A stretch of 64,000 bases of DNA from Acidimicrobiaceae bacterium (GTDB taxonomy: Bacteria > Actinomycetota > Acidimicrobiia > Acidimicrobiales > AC-14), in assembly GCA_039649175.1 (NCBI GenBank), contig JBBWZS010000020.1, forward strand, positions 1,450 through 65,449, read 5' to 3'. This document shows, in pieces, positions 44,774 through 54,473 of the stretch. The position numbers were made by a program, and so were the translations under genes. Under the pieces are notes generated by a model. That model worked only from the letters and a program-made list of their open reading frames with translations. It was not told the DNA's origin and ran no database searches. Numbering within the stretch: position 1 is the stretch's first letter; each line of letters starts with the position of its first letter.

Positions 44774-45606
44774 CTCGTCCGGGCGGCGCGGGCAATGGCG
44801 GCGCGCGCCGCGCTGCGATCGGCGGGGGCAGGAGCGCCGCCGCCGGCCCGCGCCGGCGTGGCCGACGCGGGCGTGGCAGCCGCCCGGGGGGCAGGCGGAC
44901 GTGAGACCGAGGCCCGGGCCACCGGCGCCTGGCGGGTGGGCGCGGGCGCAGCGACAGGGGCCTCAGCGGCGGCGCCGTCACCGTCGGCGGAGTTGGCCCG
45001 TACCGCGCGGCCGATGCCGAACCCGGCGATGGCGGCGCCGACGAGGAACGCGCCGGGGCGGCGGCGGGCGAACGCCTGGAGATCGTCGAGAACGCCCGTC
45101 ACCCCCCGCGTATCGATGTCCGACGCCAGCCCGTAGAGGCGATCGGCGGCGTCGTAGACGGCGTCGGCGGCGTTGGACACGTAGGGCTTGAGGTTCTCGG
45201 CGTCATCGGGACGACCCTCGACCAGCGCCTGCACCTCGTCGCCGATCATCGACAGCGTGTCGGCCAGGCGTCGGGACTGGGCCTGCGCCTGCTGCTCGAG
45301 CTGGGTCTTGGCCTCCTCGGCCAGCGAGCGGCCCTGCTCGAGGGCCTCACCGCCCACCTTGGCGGCCTGCTCCTTGACGGTGCCCGTCACCTCACGGACC
45401 TGGTCGGTGGTGACGGCCACCACCTCCTGGCCCTTCTCGGCCGCGGTTGACGCCACCTCCTGGGCCTGGTCGGTGGCGGCCGACGCCACGTCCTGGGCCT
45501 CGTCAGCGGCCCGCGAGCCCACCTTCGAGCCCGACCGGGCCGCGGCACGGCCTGTCGAACGGGTCCGCACGGTCGGGCTGACCGAAGTCGTCCGTCGTTG
45601 TGCCAT
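44770..45606 (-). CDS. Hypothetical helical-repeat protein; first gene of a three-gene stress-like operon
   Basis: 4-nt overlap with the downstream gene. Repeats ATDQAQEVASTAAEKGQEV. C-terminal TM segment FLVGAAIAGFGIG. Confidence 0.55.
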   Translation of the reverse strand: MAQRRTTSVSPTVRTRSTGRAAARSGSKVGSRAADEAQDVASAATDQAQEVASTAAEKGQEVVAVTTDQVREVTGTVKEQAAKVGGEALEQGRSLAEEAKTQLEQQAQAQSRRLADTLSMIGDEVQALVEGRPDDAENLKPYVSNAADAVYDAADRLYGLASDIDTRGVTGVLDDLQAFARRRPGAFLVGAAIAGFGIGRAVRANSADGDGAAAEAPVAAPAPTRQAPVARASVSRPPAPRAAATPASATPARAGGGAPAPADRSAARAAIARAARTR

Positions 45607-45776
45607 GTGTCGCTCCTTCGTATCGAGCGTCCTGCCTGGGATCAGGGGGGTCCTTGTTCGCCAGCTCGCTTCGCCGACACGTGACCTTCGGGCGAAACGC
45701 CCGTCGGCCCTGTCGAGGCTGACTGCTCAACCACAGATTTTCCTGCCCAATGCCGGCGCCGGTAAACCTGGTGTCG

Positions 45777-47171
45777 TCAGGCGAGCAGGCGGGACAGCTC
45801 GGCCCGGTCGGGCCCGGGCAGGTGCGGGCTCTCGAAGCCGGCGACGGCGTCCACCCGCTCGGCGAACCCGGGGCGGGCGAACACCTCGTCGGGCAGGGCC
45901 AGGCACCCGGTCACCTCGAGGAGGCCTCGGAACACCTCGGGGTCGCCCATGGCGGCGCCGAACATCGCAGCCGCCACGGAGCCGACCGGCGGTGGCTCCT
46001 CACCGTTGCGCAGGGCGCTCATCTCGGCCATGCGGGCCCTATCGGCCCGGATCTGGTCCCGGTAGAACGGGCCCACCTCGACCTCGGTCGTCTCGGCCCA
46101 CGCCCGGGCGAAGCCCACCGGGTCGTCGAGGTCCGAGCGCACGACGTCACGCAGGCACTGGGCGTGGAGGAGCCCGACGGTCATCCCCCTGCCGGCCGAC
46201 GGGTTCGTGCACGCCCAGGCGTCGCCGACGGCGGCGATCCCCGTGGCCACCGGGCGGCCGTCGATCACGAAACGGTGGTGGCGGTCGAGCACGCCGGCCG
46301 TGGTGAGCACGTCCGAGATCGGTTCGCCGTCGAGCCAGTGGGCGTACAGCGGGCAGGCGGCCACCACCGCGGCGAAACGGTCGGGCTCCCGCAGCCTCTT
46401 GAACAGCGGATCGGACGACGCCGCCCACACCGTCACCGACCAGGTGCCGTTGTCGCCGGGGATGGTCAGCACCGAGAAGGTCCCCAGGTCGGCCACCGGC
46501 GGCCCGACCATGGGCGGCGGGTTCGGACCGGTGAAGAACCGGGTGTGGTAGACGAACCCGCAGTCCTCGGCATCGACCTCGGGCCGGCGCGCCCCGATGG
46601 CGCCCAGCAGCTCACCCAGCCTGGTCCGCCGGCCCATGGCGTCGACCACCAGGTCGGCGGCGCAGCGGTCCCCGTTGCCGGTGACCACGCCGGTGACGTG
46701 CGGGACACCGTCGATGGCGCCGGGACCTGCGGTCAACCGGGCCACTTCGACGCCCCGCCGCACCGTCACGCCGGGCGTGTGCCGGGCGGCGTGAGCCAGC
46801 ACGGATTCGACGACCGGACGACGACCGGTGACGAACCGGAACCGGTCGTCGTCGGGCCGGGCTGACGGGTCCTCGACGGAGGGCGGCAACAGGTACATCG
46901 GGTTCATCGACACGCACCCGGCTTCCACCAGGGCGTCGACCGTCCCTGGCAGCTCCTCGTCGAGGATGGTGCGGAACCGGGGCAGCAGGATGTGGGCCTG
47001 GTGGAACTGGGCCACGCCGGTGCGCTCCCACTCGTCCCAGGCCTGCGATGCCACGTCGGGCGGCAGGGCGGCGTCGCGCTCGAGGACGAGCACCTCGTGA
47101 CCGTCGCGGGCCAGCAGCATGGCCGTCGACAGACCGATGACGCTTCCACCGCACACGAGCACCGAGGCCAT
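45777..47171 (-). CDS. FAD-dependent oxidoreductase/monooxygenase
   Basis: MASVLVCGGSVIGLSTAMLLARDGHEVLVLERD (GxGxxG beta-alpha-beta motif). ...GDAWACTNPSAGRG. Confidence 0.75.
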   Translation of the reverse strand: MASVLVCGGSVIGLSTAMLLARDGHEVLVLERDAALPPDVASQAWDEWERTGVAQFHQAHILLPRFRTILDEELPGTVDALVEAGCVSMNPMYLLPPSVEDPSARPDDDRFRFVTGRRPVVESVLAHAARHTPGVTVRRGVEVARLTAGPGAIDGVPHVTGVVTGNGDRCAADLVVDAMGRRTRLGELLGAIGARRPEVDAEDCGFVYHTRFFTGPNPPPMVGPPVADLGTFSVLTIPGDNGTWSVTVWAASSDPLFKRLREPDRFAAVVAACPLYAHWLDGEPISDVLTTAGVLDRHHRFVIDGRPVATGIAAVGDAWACTNPSAGRGMTVGLLHAQCLRDVVRSDLDDPVGFARAWAETTEVEVGPFYRDQIRADRARMAEMSALRNGEEPPPVGSVAAAMFGAAMGDPEVFRGLLEVTGCLALPDEVFARPGFAERVDAVAGFESPHLPGPDRAELSRLLA

Positions 47172-47454
47172 GGCCCCTAGCTCATCACGTGGCGGGAAGG
47201 TCGAGCGCCCGGCCCCGGGAGGGCCACCCGGGTGGGGCGACCGGCGGTGTGCGTGGGACGGTGGTCACCCACCGCCCGCCTCACACGCCCCGACGATCGC
47301 TCCTTCCCCCGGCGACTTCCGCCACCCGTGGCACGAAGTCTCGGGCACCCACCGACCCGGGTCAATAGTGGATTTGCACACCTATCGCGTAAATGACGTC
47401 ACCGGCCGTGGCATCCCGGGCGGCGCGACGCCGTCGTCTCTGGGCCCTGAGCTC

Positions 47455-48141
47455 TCAGCCGACGGTCAGGCAGGTGCCCAGCACGCAGACCCGGGCCAGG
47501 TAGGTCGGGGGCAACGGCGCAGGGCGGGTCACGAGGGGTTCGAGAGCCGATCCCGGTGCCACCGGAGGGGCGGCTGCTGCTGCGACGGGGGCCGAGGTGG
47601 TGGAGACGGCCGGCGCGGCGACACCCGCCGCGGGGTCCGGGGCCGCCGGTGAGGTGGGGGCGGCGGAAGGGGCCGGTGGTCGAGGCGACACCTGTGCGGG
47701 CAGCACGGCGTCCTGCGGCTGCGCCTGCGCCTGCGCCGAGGCAGGCGGCGGAGGCGACGGCGACGCGGACGGCGGCGACGTCACCGCAGGCAGATCTGCG
47801 GCCGGCGCAGGTGCGGGCCCGGTGCGGGGGCTGGTCGAGCCGGGGACGGGGGCGACGCCGCGCCGGGGCGAGGCGGGACCGAAGGCGAGGCCCCAGACCA
47901 GCGCGCCCACGACGAGGGCGACCACCACCGCCAGCGCGGCCGCCATCACCGCACGGGGACGGCGGCGCCATTCCTTCGCGCGGTCCGACGCGACGGCGTC
48001 GTCCCACTCCTGGAGGAAGCGCCCCAGCTGGCGGTGGGCGTCGAGGTGGGCCAGCTCGTCGCGCGGATCGGGCGAGCCGTGCTTGCACGTGGGGCACGTC
48101 CAGGTGTTCCGGGTCGAGCCCGCTGTCGAGACAGGAGTCAC
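47455..48141 (-). CDS. Hypothetical single-pass membrane protein with a CxxC...H..H N-terminus and a Pro/Ala-rich exterior
   Basis: WTCPTCKHGSPDPRDELAHLDAH, then TM segment AVMAAALAVVVALVVGALVW. Confidence 0.45.
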   Translation of the reverse strand: MTPVSTAGSTRNTWTCPTCKHGSPDPRDELAHLDAHRQLGRFLQEWDDAVASDRAKEWRRRPRAVMAAALAVVVALVVGALVWGLAFGPASPRRGVAPVPGSTSPRTGPAPAPAADLPAVTSPPSASPSPPPPASAQAQAQPQDAVLPAQVSPRPPAPSAAPTSPAAPDPAAGVAAPAVSTTSAPVAAAAAPPVAPGSALEPLVTRPAPLPPTYLARVCVLGTCLTVG

Positions 48142-48212
48142 TGCGACCGTATCGGCAACCCCGGCGGCCGACTTAAGGGGGATTTAGGAAAAGTTTTCCC
48201 GGCGCCCGCGCG

Positions 48213-51200
48213 CTACCGGGCGATGAAGTACTTGGCCCGGGGGTGGTGGCAGATGACGGCCGAGGTGGTCTGCTCGGGGTGGAACTGGAAGTCCTCGCTG
48301 ACGGCCACGCCGATGCGCTCCACCTCGAGCAAGTCGGCCACCTTGGCGTTGTCCTCCAGGTCGGGACAGGCGGGGTAGCCCCACGAGTAGCGCCCACCCC
48401 GGTAGTGCTGGCGCAACAGCATGTCGACCAGCTTGCCGTCGTCGTCGGCGAAACCCCACTCCTCGCGGATGCGCCGGTGCCAGTACTCGGCCAACGCCTC
48501 GGCCATCTCCACGCCCAGGCCGTGGAGGAGGAGGTACTCCTGGTAGCGGTCCTCGGCGAACAGGTGGGCGGTGGCCTCCGAGACCGCTTCACCCATGGTG
48601 ACCACGTGGAAGGCGGCGTAGTCGACCTCACCGGAGTCGATGGGCCGGAAGAAGTCGGCGATGCACAGGAACGGCTCCTGGCCCTGGCGGGGGAAGGAGA
48701 ACCGCAGCCACTCCGACGTGCGGGTGTCGTCTTTCCAGATGACCAGGTCGTTGCCGTCACCGTTGGCCGCGTAGTAGCCGTAGGCCACCTGGGGCACAAG
48801 GGCGCCGCTCTCCTTGGCCTTGGCCAGTTCCTCCCGCAGCGTGGGGCGCATGCGGGCCTTGAAGTCGGCGTCGGACTCGGTCCTGCCGGTGTCGGGGTCC
48901 TTGACGGGCCGGAACTGCCACTGGTGACGGAACAGGGCGGTCTCGTTGAGCCACCCGGCGATCTCGTCGATGGGAAGGCCCTTCACCACCCGGGAGCCGA
49001 GGAAGGGCGGCACGAAGATGGTGTTGTCGGTCTCCACCTCGGGTGAGCGCGCCGGGATGCCCTCGCCGCCCCCGGCGGGCGCCACCGATCGAGAACGGGA
49101 GGGGCCGACCCGCCCGGTGAGCTCCCGCCCGAAGTTGGGGTCGTCGCTGCCGGTGCGCTTGAGGTCCATCAGCTGGTCGAGGGTGCGCAGGCCCTCGAAG
49201 GCGTCCTTGCCGTAGAACAGGCGCCCGTCGTAGACCTCGCGCAGGTCGCGCTCCACGTAGCGGCGGGTGAGCGCCGCGCCGCCGAGGAGCACGGGGATGT
49301 CGGCCAGACCGCGCTGGTTCAGCTCCTCCAGGTTCTCGCGCATGATGAGCGTGCTCTTCACCAGCAGGCCGCTCATGCCGATGGCGTCGGCGCCCACCTC
49401 GGTGGCCTTGGCCACCATCTCGTTGACGGCCACCTTGATGCCCAGGTTGTGGACCTCGTAGCCGTTGTTGGTGAGGATGATGTCGACGAGGTTCTTGCCG
49501 ATGTCGTGGACGTCGCCCTTCACCGTGGCCAGCACCACCCGGCCCTTGCCCCCCTGGTCGGACTTCTCCATGTGGGGCTCGAGGTGGGCGACGGCAGCCT
49601 TCATGGCCTCGGCCGACTGGAGCACGAAGGGCAGCTGCATCTCACCCGAGGCGAACAGGTCGCCCACCACCTTCATGCCGGCGAGGAGGGTGTCGTTGAC
49701 GATGTCGAGTGCGGGTGTGGTGGTGAGGGCCTCGTCGAGGTCGTCGGTGAGGCCGTTGCGGTCGCCGTCGATGATGCGGTGGTGCAGGCGGTCGGCGACG
49801 GGCCAGCCGCTGCGGTCCTCCTTCTCCACCTTGTTGGCATCGACGCCCTCGAACAGCCCGAGCAGCTCCTGCAACGGGTCGTAGCCCTCCCTGCGGCGGT
49901 CGTAGATCAGGTCGAGGCACACCTCGCGCTGGCGCTCGGGCATGCGCGACAGGGGGATGATGCGCCCGGCGTGGACGATGGCGGCGTCGAGGCCGGCCTC
50001 CACGCACTCGTGCAGGAACACCGAGTTGAGGGCGTGGCGGGCCGCCGGGGTGAGGCCGAACGACACGTTGGACAGGCCCAGGATGGTGTGCACCCCGGGC
50101 AGCTCGGCCTTGATGCGCCGGATCCCCTCGATGGTCTCGATGCCGTCGCGCCTGCTCTCCTCCATGCCCGTCGACAGCGGAAGGGCGAGGGCGTCGAAGA
50201 GCAGGTCGGACGCCTCCATGCCGTAGCGGTTCACGGCGAGGTCGTGGATGGCCCGGGCCGAGCGCACCTTCCAGTCGGCGGTGCGGGCCTGGCCCTCGGT
50301 GTCGATGCAGGTGCACACCACGGCGGCGCCGTACTCGCGGGCGAGGGAGAAGAAGCGGTCGAAGCGGGTGCCGGGGGCGTCGCCGTCCTCCAGGTTCACC
50401 GAGTTGAGCACGGGCTTGCCGCCGATCCACTGCAGGCCCTGCTCGATGACGGCGGGCTCGGTGGAGTCGAGCACGAGGGGGATGCTGGCCTGGGTGGCGA
50501 AGCGACGGGCCACCTCGTCCATGTCGGCCACGCCGTCCTCACCCGTGTAGTCGACGCACACGTCGAGCAGGTGGGCGCCCTCTTTCACCTGGGCCTGGGC
50601 CATGGCCACGCACTTGTCCCAGTCGTCGGACAGCATGGCCTCGCGGAAGGCCTTCGACCCGTTGGCGTTGGTCTTCTCGCCCACCACCAGGAACGACGTG
50701 TCCTGGCGGAACGGGACGTGCGAGTAGATCGACGCCGCCCCGGGCTCGTGCACCGGCTGGCGCCGCGCGGGGGTGAGGTCACGGCAGCGTTCGACGACGG
50801 CCCGCAGGTGCTCGGGCGTGGTGCCGCAGCACCCGCCGATGACCTGCACACCCAGCTCGGACACGAACCGGGCGTGGTAGTCGGCCAGCTGGTCGGGAGT
50901 GAGGTCGTAGTGCATCTTGCCGTCGACCACCGACGGCAACCCGGCGTTGGGCAGGCAGGAGATGGGTACCCGGCAGTGCTGCGACAGGTGGCGCAGGTGC
51001 TCGTGCATCTCGCCCGGGCCGGTGGCGCAGTTGAGGCCGATGACGTCGGGGCGGACAGCTTCGAGGGCGGTGAGGGCGGCGGCGATCTCGGTGCCCGGCA
51101 GCATGCGCCCGGTGAGCTCGACGGTGACCTGCACCTGCAGCGGCACCTGGCGGCCGGCGGCGGCCATGGCCCGCCGGGACCCGATGATGGCGGCCTTGGC

Positions 51201-51725
51201 CTGGAGCAGGTCGAAGACGGTCTCGATGATGATGAGGTCGACGCCGCCCTCGAGCAGCCCGGCGGCCTGGACCTCGAAGCAGTCGCGCAGCTCGGCGAAG
51301 CGGATCTGGCCGAGCGAGGGGAACTTGGTGCCGGGACCGATGGAGCCCGCCACCCAGGGGCCCCCGTCGCTGCGGCGGTAGCCGTCGGCCACCTCGCGGG
51401 CGATGCGGGCCGCCTTGACGTTGAGCTCGTGGGTGCGCTCGGCCAGCCCGTACTCGGCGAGGGTGACGGGCAACGAGCCGAAGCTGTCGGTCTCGACCAC
51501 GTCGACGCCGACGTCGAGGAACGACCGGTGCAGGTCGGCGATCACGTCGGGCCTGGTGTCGACCAGGATCTCGTTGCAGCCTTCGAGGGCGGCGCCACCG
51601 AAATCGTCGGCGGTGAGCTCTCGCACCTGGAGGTTGGTGCCGGTGGCGCCGTCGTAGATGACAACGCGCTCGTTCACGGCTTGCAGGTAGCGATCCACCC
51701 CGGTCAGGCTACCGGCCGTTGCCAT
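48213..51725 (-). CDS. metH: Cobalamin-dependent methionine synthase
   Basis: 1170 aa. Hcy-binding, pterin-binding, B12 (GDVHDIGKN) and AdoMet-activation modules are all recognisable. Confidence 0.95.
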   Translation of the reverse strand: MATAGSLTGVDRYLQAVNERVVIYDGATGTNLQVRELTADDFGGAALEGCNEILVDTRPDVIADLHRSFLDVGVDVVETDSFGSLPVTLAEYGLAERTHELNVKAARIAREVADGYRRSDGGPWVAGSIGPGTKFPSLGQIRFAELRDCFEVQAAGLLEGGVDLIIIETVFDLLQAKAAIIGSRRAMAAAGRQVPLQVQVTVELTGRMLPGTEIAAALTALEAVRPDVIGLNCATGPGEMHEHLRHLSQHCRVPISCLPNAGLPSVVDGKMHYDLTPDQLADYHARFVSELGVQVIGGCCGTTPEHLRAVVERCRDLTPARRQPVHEPGAASIYSHVPFRQDTSFLVVGEKTNANGSKAFREAMLSDDWDKCVAMAQAQVKEGAHLLDVCVDYTGEDGVADMDEVARRFATQASIPLVLDSTEPAVIEQGLQWIGGKPVLNSVNLEDGDAPGTRFDRFFSLAREYGAAVVCTCIDTEGQARTADWKVRSARAIHDLAVNRYGMEASDLLFDALALPLSTGMEESRRDGIETIEGIRRIKAELPGVHTILGLSNVSFGLTPAARHALNSVFLHECVEAGLDAAIVHAGRIIPLSRMPERQREVCLDLIYDRRREGYDPLQELLGLFEGVDANKVEKEDRSGWPVADRLHHRIIDGDRNGLTDDLDEALTTTPALDIVNDTLLAGMKVVGDLFASGEMQLPFVLQSAEAMKAAVAHLEPHMEKSDQGGKGRVVLATVKGDVHDIGKNLVDIILTNNGYEVHNLGIKVAVNEMVAKATEVGADAIGMSGLLVKSTLIMRENLEELNQRGLADIPVLLGGAALTRRYVERDLREVYDGRLFYGKDAFEGLRTLDQLMDLKRTGSDDPNFGRELTGRVGPSRSRSVAPAGGGEGIPARSPEVETDNTIFVPPFLGSRVVKGLPIDEIAGWLNETALFRHQWQFRPVKDPDTGRTESDADFKARMRPTLREELAKAKESGALVPQVAYGYYAANGDGNDLVIWKDDTRTSEWLRFSFPRQGQEPFLCIADFFRPIDSGEVDYAAFHVVTMGEAVSEATAHLFAEDRYQEYLLLHGLGVEMAEALAEYWHRRIREEWGFADDDGKLVDMLLRQHYRGGRYSWGYPACPDLEDNAKVADLLEVERIGVAVSEDFQFHPEQTTSAVICHHPRAKYFIAR

Positions 51726-51822
51726 CGTGGACGTCGGCCTTCCAGATCGTGCGTGTCGGATAGGGAAAAGGAATCAGTGACATCGGGGTCGAATAGGTCA
51801 TGAACATGGCTCGTCAGGAGGA

Positions 51823-52245
51823 ATGGCCGGGATGACCACGATGATCCTGCTCGTGGTGATGTTCGCGGCCGTCGTGGTGCCCCAAGCGTGGAAGGCCCGG
51901 ACCGAGCGCCACCAGGACTTCCTCGACAGCATCCACCTCCACGCCGGAGTGGAGCGCCCACCCGACGGTCCCCCTCCGGCTCGCCGGCCTCCCTCCACGC
52001 TGGCCCGGCGGCGGACGGTCTTCAAGGCCCTCCTGGCGTCGGTGGGCGTGTCGGCGGTCGCCGCCGTCGTCTTCCCGGCCAAGGCGAGCCTCATCGCCCA
52101 ACTGGCCGTCGACAACTGCCTGCTGGCCTACGTGGGCCAACTCGTGCGCTGGCGCGACGCCCGCAGCCCCGTCCGGGCGCCCGTTCCGGCTCCCGACATG
52201 GTCCTGACGCCGTCGTCGGTACAGCCCGCCCTGCGCATCGGCTGA
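51823..52245 (+). CDS. Hypothetical membrane protein
   Basis: CAGGAGGA RBS and two TM segments. No known motif. Confidence 0.5.
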   Translation: MAGMTTMILLVVMFAAVVVPQAWKARTERHQDFLDSIHLHAGVERPPDGPPPARRPPSTLARRRTVFKALLASVGVSAVAAVVFPAKASLIAQLAVDNCLLAYVGQLVRWRDARSPVRAPVPAPDMVLTPSSVQPALRIG

Positions 52246-52252
52246 GCTTTTG

Positions 52253-52290
52253 GTGACGGGCACCCGGGTGCTTCGCACCGCGCCCGTCAC
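52253..52290 (+). terminator. Nested stem-loop directly after the stop codon at 52243-52245
   Basis: gtgacgggc...ggtgc-ttc-gcacc...gcccgtcac. Confidence 0.4.
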
Positions 52291-52377
52291 TGCCGTCGGG
52301 GGCCCCTGCCCCGCCGGCGTGTGAACCCGCGGCAGCCGCGATTCTGGTCGAAGGCGTGCCGGTAGGCTCGGCCGTCC

Positions 52378-52920
52378 GTGAAGATCTACACCCGAGCCGG
52401 CGACGACGGCACCACCGGATTGCTCTTCGGCGGACGGGTGCGCAAGGACTCGCCGGTGACCACCGCCTGCGGCGACGTCGACGAGGCCCAGGCGGTCCTG
52501 GGCGTGGCGCGCAGCGCCGCCGACGCCACGCCCGAGCTCGACGCCCTCGTGGTCGGCATCCAGCGCCACCTGTGGGTGCTGATGGCGGAGTTGTCCACCG
52601 CCCCTGAGAGCCGGGCAAAGCTGGTTGGCGGCCAGACGCTCGTGACGGCCGACATGGTCGCCGGCCTGGAACTACTCATCGACGACCTGGCGGCGCGCGC
52701 CGACCCCCCCACCGAGTTCGTCGTCCCCGGCCAGGCTCCCAGCGCGGCGTTCCTCGACCTGGCCCGCACCGTCGTGCGCCGGGCCGAGCGCCACTCCCTG
52801 GCGGTGGCCGCCGAAGGGTCCCAGGTCGTGCCCTACCTGAACCGTCTCTCCGACCTGCTCTGGACCATGGCCCGCTGGCGCGAGGGAGAGTCGCTCACCG
52901 CCCGCTCGCCGACGCCGTGA
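52378..52920 (+). CDS. PduO-type ATP:cob(I)alamin adenosyltransferase
   Basis: MKIYTRAGDDGTTGLLFGGRVRKDSP. Confidence 0.85.
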   Translation: MKIYTRAGDDGTTGLLFGGRVRKDSPVTTACGDVDEAQAVLGVARSAADATPELDALVVGIQRHLWVLMAELSTAPESRAKLVGGQTLVTADMVAGLELLIDDLAARADPPTEFVVPGQAPSAAFLDLARTVVRRAERHSLAVAAEGSQVVPYLNRLSDLLWTMARWREGESLTARSPTP

Positions 52921-52978
52921 CGGCCGGCGACCTGCGACCCACCGACATGACCCTGAAAGACCTGGAAGGAACAGCCTC

Positions 52979-54457
52979 ATGGGACTGACCTGCACCCTCG
53001 ACGCCGAGGCCCCCGCCGATGTCGCCGTGCTGGGCGTGCCCGTGTTCTCCGGCGGCGAGGTGCCCGCCGGCGCCGGGGCCGAGCTCGACGGCCACTGGTT
53101 GAGCGAGCGCCACTTCGAGGCCAAGCCCGGTGAGACCCTGGCCCTGCCCGCGGACGACGGCACCACGGTGATCGCCGTGGGCATGGGCGCCCGTGACGAC
53201 GTGACCGCCGAGACCCTCCGCAAGGGCGCCGCCGCCCTGGTGCGCGCCGCCTGGCACTCCCCGGCCGTGGCCACCACCCTGGTGGCTGCCGCCCCCGAGC
53301 TGGACGGCGCCGCCGCCGTCCAGGCCGTGGTCGAAGGCGCCGCTCTGGCCGCCTACCGCTTCACCCGCTACAAGGGCGACCCCCATCCGTGCCTGCTGGA
53401 GACGTTCACGGTCGTGGCCGAGGGCCGGGCCGCGGAGTCGGGCCTGCAACGGGGCAACCGGGTGGTGGCGGCGGTGACCATGGCGCGCGACCTGGTGAAC
53501 GAGCCCGCCGGCGCCATGACTCCCTCCCGCCTGGCCGACGTGGCCGCCGAAGCGGCTGCGGGTGGTCGCCTGGAGCTCACCGTCTGGGACGAGGTCGACA
53601 TCGCCTCCGAGAACCTGGGCGGCCTCGAAGGCGTGGCCCGGGGCTCGGACGAGCCCGCCCGGCTGATCCGGTTGGCGTGGGAGCCCCCCAACCCCCGAGC
53701 CCGCATCGCCTTGGTGGGCAAGGGGATCACCTTCGACTCGGGAGGCTTGTCGATCAAGTCGGCCGAGGGCATGGAGACCATGAAGACCGACATGTCGGGG
53801 GCGGCGGCGGTGCTGGCCACCATGGCCGCCCTGCCCGACCTGGCGCCCGACGTGGCCGTGCTGGCCATCGTGCCCGCCACCGAGAACATGCCCGGCGGTC
53901 ACGCCACCAAGCCCGGCGACGTGCTCAAGGCCCGCAACGGCAAGACCATCGAGGTGCTCAACACCGACGCCGAAGGGCGGCTGGTGCTGGCCGACGGACT
54001 GTCGCTGGCCGTGGAGGCGGGGGTGGACGCCATCGTCGACCTGGCCACCCTCACCGGCGCGTGCATCGTGGCACTCGGGCCCAAGATCGCCGGCCTCATG
54101 GGCAACCACGAGGGTTGGGTCGACCAGGTTCGCACCGCCGCCGACCGGGCGGGCGAGAAGGTGTGGCCGCTCCCGCTGCCCCAGGAGTACCGCCGTTCCA
54201 TCGACTCCGAGATCGCCGACGTGAAGAACATCGGCTCCGATCGCTACGGCGGGGCGCTCACCGCCGGGCTGTTCCTGCGCGAGTTCGTGGGCGACGTGCC
54301 CTGGGCCCACCTCGACATCGCCGGTCCCGCCCGCAGCGGAGACGATGACGGCTACGTCCGCAAGGGCGGCACCGGATGGGGCGTGCGCACGCTGCTGGAA
54401 CTGGTGTGCTCCTTCGACCCGCCCGTCCCCACGCACGGGTCGCCGCCTGCAGGCTGA
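52979..54457 (+). CDS. pepA: Leucyl aminopeptidase (M17)
   Basis: VGKGITFDSGG, NTDAEGRLVLAD, motif around GATLTGA. Confidence 0.9.
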   Translation: MGLTCTLDAEAPADVAVLGVPVFSGGEVPAGAGAELDGHWLSERHFEAKPGETLALPADDGTTVIAVGMGARDDVTAETLRKGAAALVRAAWHSPAVATTLVAAAPELDGAAAVQAVVEGAALAAYRFTRYKGDPHPCLLETFTVVAEGRAAESGLQRGNRVVAAVTMARDLVNEPAGAMTPSRLADVAAEAAAGGRLELTVWDEVDIASENLGGLEGVARGSDEPARLIRLAWEPPNPRARIALVGKGITFDSGGLSIKSAEGMETMKTDMSGAAAVLATMAALPDLAPDVAVLAIVPATENMPGGHATKPGDVLKARNGKTIEVLNTDAEGRLVLADGLSLAVEAGVDAIVDLATLTGACIVALGPKIAGLMGNHEGWVDQVRTAADRAGEKVWPLPLPQEYRRSIDSEIADVKNIGSDRYGGALTAGLFLREFVGDVPWAHLDIAGPARSGDDDGYVRKGGTGWGVRTLLELVCSFDPPVPTHGSPPAG

Positions 54458-54473
54458 CGTGGGAGAGTGAGAC

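Noticed and set aside
52246-52377. Cobalamin riboswitch upstream of the PduO-type adenosyltransferase (and near metH)
   Set aside because: I could not find a B12-box-like core or the multi-stem architecture. The visible structure is a simple nested hairpin right after the upstream stop codon, which fits a terminator better. The metH 5' region (51726-51822) is too short.
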